Positions 13,468-30,091 of a stretch of 64,000 nucleotides of DNA are shown piece after piece. The translations under genes were made by a program, and so were the position numbers. A model generated the notes under the pieces. It did no database searches and had not been told where the DNA came from. It saw only the letters and a list, made by a program, of their open reading frames with translations. The first letter of the stretch is position 1; each line of letters opens with the position of its first letter. The DNA comes from Eledone cirrhosa (taxonomy: Eukaryota), in NCBI GenBank assembly GCA_964016885.1, contig OZ024743.1:264244001-264308000 (forward strand). The letters run 5' to 3'.

Positions 13468-15044
13468 TAGATTCGGCGAGTATCGCATTTCGGCGGGTAG
13501 AAAAGGCGAAACGAAACGCAAAAGTCAGAAATAATATATATATATATATATAAACAGAATAAAGCACACCACGTTATGTGCATCTTTGCACATGGATAAT
13601 ACACGACGAGGTTTAGCTATGATGGTGAATATGAATTCAGGTTTACCTACAAAAGTGAAGTATAGGAAAACTTCTTTTCATATCTATTTCATATATGCAT
13701 ATACAAGCAAACTTTCACAAATCCATACATGCACACACACACAAAGTCATGTTATATGAGAAAATAAATTTAAATTTAAATTTCTTCAAGCTTAAATGGA
13801 AATATATAGATGAGAGTAGTGTGACACCCCTAGCTGAATTCATCACTGAAACTTAAGTAACTGATGACAATTTCATAGTTCTGTCATTGTTATTATTTAA
13901 AATAGGGAGCTCAAGCGGCTTTTTAAGGTATATTATGGTCAAATTGTATAATGTATTCGTCGATTTCTTTGAGTCAGAGAGGGTGAACTTTTAGGGAAAT
14001 TGACTGTTATTTCCAGTATATCATGTGATCATGTAGAGGTTGCTATTACCATTTCTAATAGTAAATTATATTACATTGTGAGGTTCAACCAATAGGTGTA
14101 GTTTTACTCAACCTCTGTAATGGTAGTGTATTCTTTACGAAATGACTTGCGTGAGAATATTTTGATTATTTGTAAGTCTGTACCTGGTTTTCCCAGTTTC
14201 AATTTTACATTTGTTATTACAAAAAAACTAAGCGGGATGTATTTGGGATATCTAGTTGAAAACGAGGGGCAGAAAATTGGCAGGTTCGATAGAATGCCGT
14301 ACAGAATTCTTTTCTGTATTCGTCTAGGTTCACTGCGCTGAGTTGATCACCAGCTTAGGTCAACTTTTATTCTTTCACCGTCGATAACATGTAACATTCG
14401 TTACTTTCTCTATATCGCTTTCTCACTTCCTTTCTATTACTATCTCTTTATCTGATAGAAATTGATTTAGAAGGAGAAGATGACAAGGAGTACTTGTTTA
14501 CTACATCTTGCCAAAGACTAGCTCAGACGTACATTAGCATTGCAGGGAAGTTTAAGTAACTGTCTTTCATCATAGCCTCATTTTTTCAGATATATTACAA
14601 CACAAACTGCTTGTTACTACATTTAGGAAAGCGAAAACTGTTCGGAAGCCTGTTGGACAGGTTGTACTTGTCATATTGAAATGCCCATCTTCATAATCTT
14701 ACCTCACTGCGAGGAGAGTTATGTAAGAGTACCAGTTCATCGAAATTCACCGGTTAATGCTAAGTAGGAGATTGTTGTTATCTCTAGTTAAAGATGAGTA
14801 GATGTTTGTAACATCTAGTCAAAGATAATTCGAACATTCACTGTAATATCTCGTTAAACAACAAGTAATGTATATTTGTGATATCCGATTGAATTTTCAA
14901 TTCAAACCACACTGATCTTTAATTAGATTTATGTGTATAAACTACAGAAAAACACTCGATAGATTAAATGTAATTTATATGAAAGATCACAGAGATTCTG
15001 CGTGTGTAAAAGTAATGTGCTAGTGAAAACATCATTGTAAAGGA

Positions 15045-15330
15045 CACTAGCATAGTGATTGGAGGATTTGGCATACGGTCGTAAGATTGTAAGTTCGTCA
15101 CCCAGTGTTTCCGTGTGTCCTTGACAAAATGACTTTATCTCACGTTGCCTCTGTTCACTCATCGGTAGATAATGAGATGTGCCCGTAATTCTAAGAGCCG
15201 GCTTTATCACACAGTGTGTCACATTGGAACGCCATGAGAAATACGCTAAATGTAAACGTGTCTGATGAATGCTAAACCATGTGCATGTAGGTTTCCCGAG
15301 AAAGCAGTTCCATGGTTCAAACAACTGGAA
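15045..15330 (+). mobile_element. Decayed tRNA-derived SINE-like repeat
   Basis: A/B-box-like tagcatagtgattgg...gtaagttcg followed by CORE-like tgtgtccttgacaaaatgactttatctcacgttgc. Confidence 0.4.
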
Positions 15331-16777
15331 CACTCACCAATGGGGCCGAATGAGGTTCAACAAGCACAGAGGATAATTAACTGTTTACCTAATGACATAA
15401 ACTTGAATGAGATATTTTATAAGATCCGACTTAAGATAATTATTTGCAGATGGGGCGTGGTGGGGTAGAGTATATGGGACAACTATCCAACATGGAGATT
15501 CTGCGTAGATACATAGTATAATAGAAATAACAGACTAAGCTCCCTCAAATAACCCTATAGTACCTTAAACACGGAGAGAATGCATTAGAAAATATAGATC
15601 TAGAGCCTTAAAAAGAAGGTATAATCATGAGTGAAATAGATTTGAACTTAGGGTCCTGCTAATTCCCAATAATAAGAGTAACTAATAAGATTGTTGTCTC
15701 TTTATATTCGCAGGTGACCACCAACACAATGGCACTATCCACAGCTCATTAAAAGCCATAATAATAGCTAGTACGTGCATAAGTAACATCCTATGAGAAA
15801 ATATTAAACCTGCAAAAGATGACAGCCAAATGCTCCCCGCAAATAAGATTACCTTCTACTATTTAAAGAAAGTATAGTGTGATTTTAGTCATACTATGTC
15901 GGAATTTAAAATGTAGAATGTTTACTTTCTTAAACTGTAATCACAGTTCTACTAGATTAAAAGTGACATTGAACTAAACAGCAACAATAACAGAGGTATA
16001 TGTTTCATGTCTAGCTCATCCATTAACTTTCGATGATAACCGTTTAACGAATAAAAAACTAAAGCTTCATTCTTATTTCTTTTATAACATGGTATTCTGC
16101 AATAAACCTCCAGCTTAGTACTCTTATCTTAATGAAAAAATGAACAATTGTATTTTGCTGTGGTTTCTGCTACCGCTATTTACATTGATATACTGAAATA
16201 TAGAGTCGTCAGATGAAAGCTATTTCTTGGAGACATAGGCAGATTGGTGAATCATTGACAAACTATAAAATGCCAAACCACTTTCGATTAAATGTGTTCA
16301 TATCCCAATTGACTCCGGCTTGTCATTAAACAGTACGAAACCAATATTTATTATGGAATTTCTGGCGAGACTATAGATTTTGTTTTCTTGTTTGTCAGAA
16401 TAATCGAATTGCCGTTAGTTCACTTTATATCAGCAGAGCATGATTAACGCCATGACTTGACGACAGTATTTCCAGTAGGGAATGTTATTTGAACATCCAT
16501 GTTTTACAAACAGCCTCCTGATCTAATCTATCAAATGCAATAACAGTAGAGGAAAATGGCAACCAATTCTATTGATCTGCATTAGCTACACAGTTTTATG
16601 CACGCGTGTGGTCAGGAATCCATTCTTTAACATTCTTAACATCCAGAATAATATTGCCATTTGGGTAAAAACATAGTTATATATTCCGCAAAATCCTGCC
16701 TATACATACACACACCTGCGCATGCACACACACACACACATGCACACACTCAGTCACACGCACATCCACACATGCAC

Positions 16778-16937
<160 letters not shown>

Positions 16938-16972
16938 GTATATATATATGTATATATATATATATATATATA

Positions 16973-17208
16973 TTTCGTTTCTGAATTTGTTTAGCAAGAT
17001 TCTTTATCTGAAAACGTGTGTTGAAACCTATATTGTTATACCTTGGGAGGGTCATGTTGCCAATAAGAAACACACGCACCAGTTGCTTTCAATTCAATTT
17101 ATTATAATAAATTTATAAATTACTAAATTTATAAATTTATTATAATAAATTGAAGTGAAACAACTGGTGCGTGTGTTTCTTATTGGCAACATGACCTTCC
17201 CAAAGTAT

Positions 17209-17214
<6 letters not shown>
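16973..17214. repeat. Asymmetric fold-back element (family B) in (TA)n
   Basis: Arms about 17030-17120 / 17125-17214. The same family occurs at 27559-28088 and 28101-28256. Confidence 0.8.
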
Positions 17215-17287
<73 letters not shown>

Positions 17288-17526
17288 GTATAGGATTATC
17301 CTAGATGTAGTAATGGTTAATTACTACACTGGATAGAGTAGGCGTACTGTGAGAGGTTACTCAACGAGTTATGGAAGAATAGTTGAAGAAACTCAGTTCC
17401 TGATCCTTCTGTATTCCGGAGTGTAGATAAATAATGAATAATAACAGGTAGACATCATAAAAAGGTAATTTATTCTGTGTGCTTACACATGTTTCCACGG
17501 TGGTTATACAGCCTAGTTATGCTATG

Positions 17527-19150
<1,624 letters not shown>

Positions 19151-19157
19151 TATACAC

Positions 19158-19324
<167 letters not shown>

Positions 19325-19340
19325 TATATATATACATATA

Positions 19341-19381
<41 letters not shown>

Positions 19382-21236
19382 GTCTCTAGGCAATTGTCAA
19401 TGCGTTGTTTACTGCATTCGAACCTAAAATTGACACAGAAACAGCTCTGAACTATATCTTTCCAATTGAGAACGACGATATTGTGTGTTTCATCGTTTGA
19501 AGTTTTACCGGGGTTAGGAATAGCAGCAATTCTAGACATGGCATTTATAGTACCCAATTAATGGAACGTCACTCCAAAGCAAGTAAAACAGTATATATGT
19601 TTAAGTCTGTTGCAGTCTCTTGCAGGAGTGTAAATGAGAGTAAATACTTGAAAAAGTGCTGAATAGAAAATATTTCACGTCATACAACGAAACGGCATTT
19701 AAATGATTCCACTTGCTTTTATTTCCATTGACAAAGATAGATTGACGGCTCCTAGAGTGTTGTGTATTGAGAAGCGCCTGATAATACATTACTGCAATGA
19801 AGTTGATGGGAACTGAAAGTTAATGGTGGTTGGGTATTGATTCTTATTTTATTTTAACTAATTTTATTTTATTTTTTATTTATCTGCTTTTTCAATGCTA
19901 CTTATGTGAATGTTATAGTGGTATTCTGTTAGCAGTATAGCTGTTAATCTAAAGCCAGACACATAAAACCGTGATACATTGACACAGTAAAATGGTATAT
20001 CGCCGAAATACACAAGATGTAGAGAATATGAGGACAAATTGAATAATTTAACAAGCCGTTTGCTGACTCCAGCACATAGTTTTGTTTAGCGAATTAGGAG
20101 AATGCTATTTTCAATGATTGTTTTTCAATAACTATAATAGAATATTTGCTTCGATGTTACATATTGTAAAGCATTGGCAAGCATGATAAAGCAAGCTGTA
20201 AGCTATTTAATATCCGAGATCCACTACACAACTTCGATTCCCAGATGAAAATATTTCGAATATTGGTGGCACTAATGTATATGAAAAATAGAAGAGAGTT
20301 CTGAATATATGAACCAGACCATCACAGAAATTAAGAAAAAATATATACACATATATAATCAAGGCATAAAGAGGTTTTCCTTTTAAACTTATGGTTTTGT
20401 CCGTAAAAAGAATTGTAGCCATAGAATTCGCAGGCCATTGACATGGATGTTATTCCTCTTGAAAATATGCAGGAGAATCTTTGGCAAGGATGGAACAATA
20501 GAGTGATAATTTTCTGACGAGGAAGAGCAGGAGAGTTGTTAGAATGTAGTTGACTGTACAACCCACATTTTAGCTTAATGTAAATTTATTTGAATTATAC
20601 TTTCGATAGTTCACATATAATTCTTAATTAGGCATAATTAATTTTTAATAATTTATTAGGAAAATGTAAAACGGGGATGAGTTTCTGTGGGGATTGTTTG
20701 TTTTCCGTTCGAAAGTCGGATAGATCGTTTGCTGTATTCGTCCTGATTTGTGCGCTGTGAGTTCAAATTACGCTTGTCACACTAGCCAGGTCGACAGAAA
20801 TATATCAGTCCAGTAATGGAGTCGATTTTCCTCTATATCTTTTTCTTAGTTCCACTCTAACTTTCAATTTCTTTACTCTGAAAGAAATAGGCTGTAATCA
20901 GATTTAGAGAGGGGTGGGCTCCCCCAGCTTTAAACAATTCCCAATAAACGCCTTACATCACTGCCACGTCACTACGGTCCTGACAGTGAGTCTTATAAGT
21001 GGTGGTATGTAGCCGAAAGTTGAAGAAAAAATGTAGGAAGAAGCAACGATTTTCTCACGAAAATATACACATATGCATACATGGACACGTACATACACAC
21101 ACGCACGCACACACACACACACACCCACCCACACACGCGCACACACACCCACACCCACACCCACACACCCACACCCACACCCACACCCACACACCCACAT
21201 CCACACCCACACGCACACGCGCACACACATGCACAC

Positions 21237-21285
<49 letters not shown>

Positions 21286-22193
21286 CTCGCTCTCACGCAT
21301 ATATTCGAAAGTAAGGAAAAATATAGGAAAATAAATTTGAAAATGCGAAGAAGGTGTACTTACAATGATTTATTACTTTAACGGTTTCACAAGTTTCATG
21401 ATTTTCAAAAGTCAAAAGATATGGAAAATTGTGCGGGTATACCGACTTGTATCTCGCATCTAATTGATATTGTGAATTTCTTTCAGTTATATAAAAATAA
21501 ATGTGACTTGGATTGCTGTATGTTTTAAGTGCAATCTGGTAGGTTGAGTATGATCACGTAATTAGGCTTGTGACACGAAATTACCAAAAGCATAGCTATA
21601 CATTTCTCAAGCCCTCTTGGTTTCTGAAGATCATGAAACTTGTGAAACTTGGAAAATAAGCCTTCTTAAAGACTCCAAGGACATTTCCAACTTCCTATTG
21701 TTTTCTCTCTGTCTCTCTGTCTCTGTCTCCCCCCCTCTCTCTCTCTCTTTATATATATGTATTATACATATATATGATACCATCGTTCGCTTCTTTCCAA
21801 ACATACACGAACCCCCCCCCCCAGACACACACACGCTACCGAAGAAATACACTATTTCTTTACGAAAAGAAAACAGATTATTTTTCCCTATTTTCACTGG
21901 GGAATATGTCAACGAGTTGCCAGTATGCCCTGCGAATGTCGCGCAGCGTTGATTCAAGATTTGTGAATATTTCAGGAGCTATGCTCACTCAAAATGGTCT
22001 AGCATGAAATAGACTATAGACTGTTTAGAACTTTTCATGATGATCACTTGCTTGAGCTACACATTTCATATAGCAAATAGATAACATCAGCTTGAAATGT
22101 TCATTTACATATAAAACTAGTTTCACTGGTTATATTCAATTGGCGATAGCGCTAAAAGAGTTTTTAGGTATAGTAGATGTACATCTGAAGACA

Positions 22194-22240
<47 letters not shown>

Positions 22241-23368
22241 GTCTTCACATATACAACTACTATCAGATAATTTGGATCCAGATACATTGTGCATTGTAGA
22301 GGGAAGGGTTGTTTATATGTTATACACTTTTCATGATAGGGCAATAAATGAGCTCTCATCTGAGGCTAACCACACTCAAGCAGAAGTTTAACTCGATGAT
22401 AAGCAATTAAAAATAGTGAATCAGTAATGCTGTTCTTATATTTGGTGAAAATATGTATCATAATGCAGTTGTCTTCCTTGAAATATAAGGTATTTGTTCA
22501 GAAATCTGGAAAATAATTTACTTTGACTCTTAAAGTCAACGCACAAAGATTGAGCAATGCGACGTTATGGAACACATGAATGCTATATACACTCCAATTA
22601 CACACACCCTTGTATTAACATACTTTTGCTCATAGCTTCGTACTTATATGCACACAATGAAAAGTGTATAACATATAAACAACTTGTCCCTCCTCAATGC
22701 ACAATGTATCTGGATCCAAATTATCTTAAATTGAGCCAGCATAGTGTAGTTTCCATTGGGAAGCAGCTACTATTCTTAGCAAGTTGATTGACTTCTAATG
22801 CTTCACTATATATATGAAATGTTTCCTCTTTGTTTCATTTCGTTAAAGTTTTACTATTTTTTAATAACCACAAAATAAGTGGCCATATATGCTTTTATTG
22901 ATAACCCACATATCATTAGTGGTAACTTATGAAATATTATCTAGCCTTCTATCTTCCTCTTGAATAGTTTATCCCTATGTGCATGCATGTTTTCGTAGTC
23001 GATTTCTGTTGTGAATTTGTATATATACAGTGGTGGACTGGCCAGGTTGCCAGCTTGCCCACGGCAAGTGGGCCCCAGGATCTCACGGTAGCATTGTAAA
23101 AGCCGACAGTAGCATTGCAGGGCATACTGTATTATTTCAGGGTCCACTGCTTTGCTTTAAAAAAATACCTGAAATCTAAGAGAAAGAATATATAAAAAAA
23201 AAATTAAATAAAACACTTCAGCAAAGCATTTGGTCAACCAATTCCCCACGGAATTATTAGAAACTAAAATATACGATACTACAAATAACTGTAATTCTAC
23301 TAAATCTAAAGTTCAGTCTATTCATTCATGCATGCAAACATACATATATAAACACATACCCAAAAGCA

Positions 23369-23453
<85 letters not shown>

Positions 23454-23459
<6 letters not shown>

Positions 23460-26400
23460 ACAAGTAAGACCCCGACGGCTGAGCTCAAGCCGTTTCGACG
23501 GCTAATTCTGGACTGAATGAACATTTATTCTGGTATTTAAATAGCCGAGCTTATCAAGGAGTAATTCCATATATGGTCAAAGAGATAATCACCAGGATTG
23601 GTCACATCACAAGTTAGTAGTAAATCTGTGATGGCAAATTGGTGGGGGAAGGGGTAGCTGAACCTGCCGGTAGGAGAAAAAGGCAAAGAGGGTGGAGTAG
23701 ACCCATTCATGCGTTGGTAGTGCCGGCTACAGCTGGGTGTGAGGTCAAAGAGGATACTGGGGAGGGGGAGGGGGAGGAAGTCGAAACGGTAAGTAGAACA
23801 ATGAGGGTAAAACTATAAGAAGTACTGAGAGAGAAAAAAAAAAAAATAAATAAAAATTAAGCAAAGTCTGGTTTCTAAGACTTAAGTCTCTCGCTATTTC
23901 TAGGCTAAAGAAATACATAAATAAATAAATAAACAAAAAAGTGAATAAAAGAACAGATAAATAAATTTTAAAAAAAATATGTATAATGAAGAATAAAAAA
24001 ATAAATAAAAATAAACTAGGTGGGACGGAAATAAAGGGACCCTTATACGAGGTATAAGTGCGTGTATCGTACGGTGACGGGTCCTTAAAGGGGGGGGGGG
24101 GGGATACTAAAGAGACTACCACGAAAATAATAAAGGTTTCTACCCCAATTACAGGACCAGTAACCACCCAGAGCCAGAAAGTAAACTAGTACGAGAATAT
24201 AATTCAGGGTCCCGCAAAAAAATACTCGTGCTAACTCTAAGGGTACCGCCACGAAACAAACAGTCTTATACAAACTACATGAAAGATCGTACGAAGTAAA
24301 AGTAAAGAACGGAAAATTAATACAGACCCCCCCCCCACACACACACACACACACACCCCCAACAAAAAAGGGAAAAAGAGGAAAGAAATACTGGATAAAC
24401 GAGAAATTAAAGCAAATATGCCACTAAGAAATATAGAAGGCACGGAAAAAAGGGACAGCGGTCGGAGAAGGGGGCAAGTATCCGAAGTCTAACACCCCTG
24501 CTTTAAAAAGCGGAGTCAGCCAAATCTATCATAGAATAGGGGAGGGGGGGGGGCTGAAGCTACAAGGGACCGAGGGGCTACCTCGGGTGGGAGAGAAAAA
24601 GACGACGACAAAGAAAGGGAACTGGGGTAGAAGGACTAGGGAGGGATGGAGGAAGGAGGAAATATAGAGGAAGCGATAAAAGAATGTTAAAGAAGATCTT
24701 ACGTCTCCATTTGCAAGCAGGGGTTACCCCTTACAAAATAGGCAAGTGGGGTGTTATAGCCCTAGTCTACCTCCCCGGGTAATTATGGGGTTTGAGGGCG
24801 AGGTAAGTCCTACGTAATCGGTGTTTACATGCAGTAACCAGTTCATCTTTCTTGTTTAGGAGTTGGTCCGTCGAAAACAGCATTTGTAAAGTTTCCCCCT
24901 AGCATAAATTGCACGGACGGTGTCCTCCCGTGTAAGAGTTGGCTCTGGACAGTAATTTCCAAGTGATATCATAGTTGATGTTGTTGTCCTTGAGGTCCCA
25001 TATGTGGCCCGAAAGTGTAGTGGCGTGACGCCGGGCCGGGTTTCGGAAGGTATGTCTGTGTTGGTATAGCCGGATCTTGAAGTCACATGCGGTTAATCCT
25101 ATATAAGCTTTGTTGGAGGTGTCCGTGCTCACGTTGCACTGGTAGATCACATTACGGTCTCTGCATCTGTTGTCGAGGGGGAAACTGGATCTATCAGGAC
25201 AGTTGCACCTCCTGGTCGGCTCTCCACTGCTATTAAGATGTTTCTTCCATCGGGGTTGAGTTTTTTGTTGTTGGAGGAGACGATGTTTTGTGCGAAGTTA
25301 GGTGTAGTGCTGTAAGAGAGTTTGATGGTATTTTTGTTAATTATGTTGTGGTAGCGGTGTTGTGGTGGGAAGTGTTTTTCAATGAGCCTAAAGAAAATTT
25401 TCCCGATGGGAGTTGTCACCTCGGCGTTGTGGGGAGGATTAAACCATGTTACATTGCGTTAGCGGCGGTGTCGCCTGCTGGTTCCGCTAATGGGAGCTGG
25501 ACAGTAGGATATTTCCTCCCGGAAGCCACTCCGCTTGAGGGCCTGGTTGTAGTAAGGCGCATGTTCATCGAATATCTTCTCATTAGCTGACAAACGGGAT
25601 ATGCGGAGGGAGATGTTTTTGACCAGGTTGTTGGTGATGTTCCTAGGATGGTTAGATCGGCGGTGTATGTAGTGCAGGTTGTCATTGGGTTTCCTGTATG
25701 GGTAGTACAGGTCATTATTGAGATCGAGGGTAACGTCCAGGAAATTAACTCGGGTCAGGGACGTTTGTAGGGTTATTTTAAATCCCCAGTCGCGTAAGAA
25801 GCTGATTAATTGTTTACGGACCCGATCTGTACTACTGGGGTTGTACCCTTTAAGGGTAAGGAGCCCATCATCACGGTACAATCCACCACCGAAAGCAGGA
25901 AACATATCGGTGAGTTTGGCTATAAGGAATAATCCTATAAGATCTGTGACCTCCGCCGAATCCGTAGCGCCCATGCTGACGTCGATGGGTGAGTCGGGAG
26001 CTATTTTTATCCATTTGGAGTTGTCAAAGAGTAAGACTGTCTTCCTGGCGTGGAGGATGATTTTTCTTTCCTGGTCGGTGATGGGCACGAGTGCTTCGGC
26101 GAAGTCCAAGGCGGCAGTAAGTAGCGGTAAGGTGATAGAAGCATAGTAGCTCTCTATGTCGAACTGGATAAATTTAGTGTCTCGTTTATCCTCCATATTG
26201 CTGAACCATGAGATAACTTCCTGGGTGTTGATCCATAGGCTAAGTCGGGCGTGTTGCTTGACTTTTGGTATCACGCGGTCTAGGATTTTTTTGTTGATTC
26301 TCCCTATGTCGGACTTCTTTGGGTTTATAAGCCTAATAGATGGTTTACGGTCGAAATCCGATTTGTGGTCCTTCAGTGTGAAGTAGGGTGTCCGTGGGTC

Positions 26401-27542
26401 TAGGGGTTCGGTGCGGTCGGCGACCCCGAGGCTGGAGGTAATTTGTTGTCCATCTCGATTAATGTCCTCGATGCATGAGTGGTTAGCCTTTTTGTAGGTG
26501 GAGTTTAGGCTGCTCCTGATCAGTGTGTGGTATCTGTCGGGGTTGACAAACTATAGGTTCCCAGTTTTATCCGAATACACCATGATGTCATTGGTATTAT
26601 CATACTCTGTTAAGTTTCTACGGAGTTTTTGTAGGAATCGGTTGTGTCTGGGTTTGAATTTAAGGTTCTTGACCAGTTGGAAGAGGTCATTCTCAAAGGG
26701 TGAGAGCAAAGGGTTCGGGGGGGGGGGGGGGGGGAGATTTGTAGGTAATAAATCCGAATCTCTACTTGGTACCGAAGTCTTGATTGTCGCAAAATCTGTC
26801 GTAGAAAAAAGTTCTCCATCTAAGTCTTTTTGCAAATAGATCGATTTTTTGCGTGAGCATCCGAAGGTAAAGTTTTTTCGGTGGGATTGGAATGTTCTTG
26901 GTAGAGAAGTCGATGTTGTGTTTTCGCATGGTGCGGGTGAAAGAAATTGAGCTTAGCGGAAAAGTCTGGATACGGCGTTTGTTTATTTATTTATTTATGT
27001 ATTTCTTTAAGCTAGCAATAGCGAGAGACTTAAGTCTTAGTAACCAGGCTTTGCTTATTTTTATTTTTATTTTTTTATTTTTTTCTCTCTCAGTAATTTT
27101 TATAGTTTTACCCTTCATTGTTCTACTTACCGTTTCGACTTCCTCCCTCTCCCCCTCCTCAGTATCCTCTTTGACCTCACACCCAGCTGTAGCCGGCACT
27201 ACCAACGCATGAATGGGCCTACTCCACCCCCTCTCCCTTTTTCTCCTACTGGCAGGTTCAACTACCCCTTCCCCCACCAATTTGCCATCACAGATTTACT
27301 ACTAACTTGTGATGTGACCAATCCTGGTGATTATCTCTTTGACCATATATGGAATTACTCCTTGATAAGCTCGGCTATTTAAATACCAGAATAAATTTTC
27401 ATTAAGTCCAGAATTAGCCGTCGAAACGGCTTGAGCTCAGCCGTCGGGGTCTTACTTTTCCTATTACCCACTCTACTACCCTAAGTATTGAGTACTTTGG
27501 TGCGTTATGGTCCACCTGGTTCCTTACCACATTTCCTTCGTT
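23454..27542 (-). mobile_element. Near full-length PLE (family A) with inverted terminal repeat 23454-23937 / 26977-27460 plus tail to 27542
   Basis: About 490-bp inverted repeats flank an RT-EN pseudogene; (TA)n lies on both flanks. Confidence 0.95.
24767..26929 (-). pseudogene. PLE RT/GIY-YIG ORF with several frameshifts and stops
   Basis: Starts MRKHNIDFSTKNIPIP. Contains DKTGNL, FIQFDI, MGATDSAE, GLYRDDGL, FLDVTL, SYSTTPN, IYQC..YIG, CNLC. Ends ACKHRLRRTYLALKPHNYPGR*. Confidence 0.93.
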
Positions 27543-27558
27543 ATACATATATATATAT

Positions 27559-28251
27559 AGTTTTGCGAGGTTTTTGATATGAAATCGTGTGTCGAAACAA
27601 ATATTGTTATACTTGGGGAGGGTCATATTTGTTTAATATCTTTATTTAGTCTGTTTATATATTTATTTATTTGTTTATGTTTGTCTTCTTTGCGCATGCG
27701 TTTGTCAATCACGAACACACATCAAACAAAACACTATACACACACGCAAACGCATGCGCAAAGAAGACAAACATAAACAAATAAATAAATAAAAAAACAG
27801 ACTAAATATAGATGGCGTAGAAAATACAATGCAACGGGAGGAAACAATAGCACCACTGACGATGTTGCAGATGTGCAACGAAAGAACTTTGATAAACTAT
27901 ATATATGTGTTTGTGTCTATACTGGATCTGTATTTTTGACCGTTGGTCAGTCAATGGCAACATTGAGGACCGAATAAATTAAATTAACCGATATAAAAGA
28001 CACAGAAACGAAAAGCGAAAACCACCCAAACAGTGAGTGTGTTCTGTTATTAATTCTGGCAATATGACCCTCCCCAAGTATATCAATATATATATATATA
28101 TTTCGTTTTTGAATTTGTTTAGCAAGATTCTTTATCTGAAAACGTGTGTTGAAACCGATATTGTTATACTTTGGGAGGGTCATGTTGCCAATAAGAAACA
28201 CATGCACAAGATGCCTGTGTTTCTTATTGGCAACATGACCCTCCCAAAGTA

Positions 28252-28256
<5 letters not shown>
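27559..28256. repeat. Cluster of family B fold-back elements with a nested inverted repeat (27638-27703 / 27747-27813)
   Basis: atattgttatacttggggagggtcata (27601) is inverted at 28061-28088; a second fold-back spans 28101-28256. Confidence 0.75.
27851..27894 (+). ncRNA. Hammerhead ribozyme candidate
   Basis: CTGACGA-t-GTTGCA gatg TGCAAC-GAAAG aa CTT, with a perfect 6-bp stem II but weak stems I and III. Confidence 0.5.
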
Positions 28257-28299
<43 letters not shown>

Positions 28300-28301
<2 letters not shown>

Positions 28302-28686
28302 AAGAAGAAATTAAAAGATGGTTAAAAGAGTTCTATATATTTTATTATGCGCATTTCGAATACAAAATCATCCTGGGACAAAAATTGTGTGTTCTCATCA
28401 GATAAAATAAGGTAAAATGAGGCATAATAGCATCTCCAATATAAATATATACTCCAGTTCTACCCACTGTTGAGTGCTACTTATCTGATATATGCATAGT
28501 TTTATTGTTCTACAATATTACTTACCTTCTACATATATATATATATATATATTTATATACTTACACCCGAACTTCTGACCAAATAATATTTTGTATCAAT
28601 GAGTTAAAGACATCTGTCAAATCAATTAGTGGTGAAGGTGGTGTATATATATATATAGAGAGAGATAGATAGATAGATACTCAAAC

Positions 28687-28775
<89 letters not shown>

Positions 28776-29178
28776 CTTTTTTCGAGTGAGTGTGAAAGAC
28801 CAAAAGTCATTATTGAAAGTCACTGGATTTCGCAAAATACATAATATTTTTATTGGAGAAGGTAAGATATCTTTCCGCAAAAATTTGTTTGTACTGTTTT
28901 TTTTCCACTGATGTATTTTTCGAAATCTTATTTACTCATTATAAAAATTGAATAATTGCCTTCTATATGTAGGTGGGCTCCCTTCATCTCCTGGCAACCA
29001 ATATTTTTAGACTCAGTCCGCCATTGTATATATATATATATATATATAAGAACAAAATATGGTTAAAAGAGTTCCATCTTTTGTTCTTATGTATTATGTA
29101 TACTCCAGTCCTACAAACTGTAGAGTGCTTCTTATCCGATATCTGCATTGCTTTATTGTACTACAATAAAACTCACCT

Positions 29179-29182
<4 letters not shown>
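28300..29182 (+). repeat. Two copies (28300-28530, 29045-29182) of family E tail element in (TA)n
   Basis: Both share atggttaaaagagttc and actccagt...actgtWgagtgct...tattgtWctacaata. The second copy begins with a short fold-back. Confidence 0.65.
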
Positions 29183-29264
<82 letters not shown>

Positions 29265-29275
29265 TATATATATAC

Positions 29276-29308
<33 letters not shown>

Positions 29309-29353
29309 CATATATATATATTTATATACATATATACATATATATATATATAC

Positions 29354-29486
<133 letters not shown>

Positions 29487-29549
29487 CATATATATACATA
29501 TATATAATTAAATTTCGTTTCGTTTGTAACTCACTTTTGTATGACTAAC

Positions 29550-29650
<101 letters not shown>

Positions 29651-29664
29651 ATGTGTGTTTGTCT

Positions 29665-30007
29665 GTAAAAGATAAACAGAAATAACAACACAGTCGGTAC
29701 AGTATATGGAAGGAATATATTAGGTTAACGCTTCAAATAGCAGGAAGAGGGTCTTAACGTTTCGGACACTAGTCCTTCAGCAGAAGAAAGAATGAGAAAT
29801 AAGATTGATTGAGGGGACGGCCGGGTTGGAATTGGGAAAAATATTTTTAGATAAAAATAACGGGTCCATCAGGACATCTCTTGGAAAACTGCTGGTGCTG
29901 GCGTTTGTGTATGATTTATTTTTTTAGAAAAGTGGATGATGGGGCGCATTAACCTGAAATGGAAAAAAAAATGTTTGGTAAAAAGAGATATACTTGTGCC
30001 CGTGCGT

Positions 30008-30091
<84 letters not shown>

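Noticed and set aside
14590-15770. Possible short host exons after tttcag (14590) and cgcag (15713)
   Set aside because: Splice-like signals only; no recognisable peptide or consistent exon chain.
21383-21648. Imperfect inverted repeat gtttcacaagtttcatgat / atcatgaaacttgtgaaac
   Set aside because: Probably an old MITE, but it is single-copy here with no TSD or family assignment.
23028-23148. hAT-like MITE (cagtgg...ccactg)
   Set aside because: Only a 6-bp terminal match and no target-site duplication.
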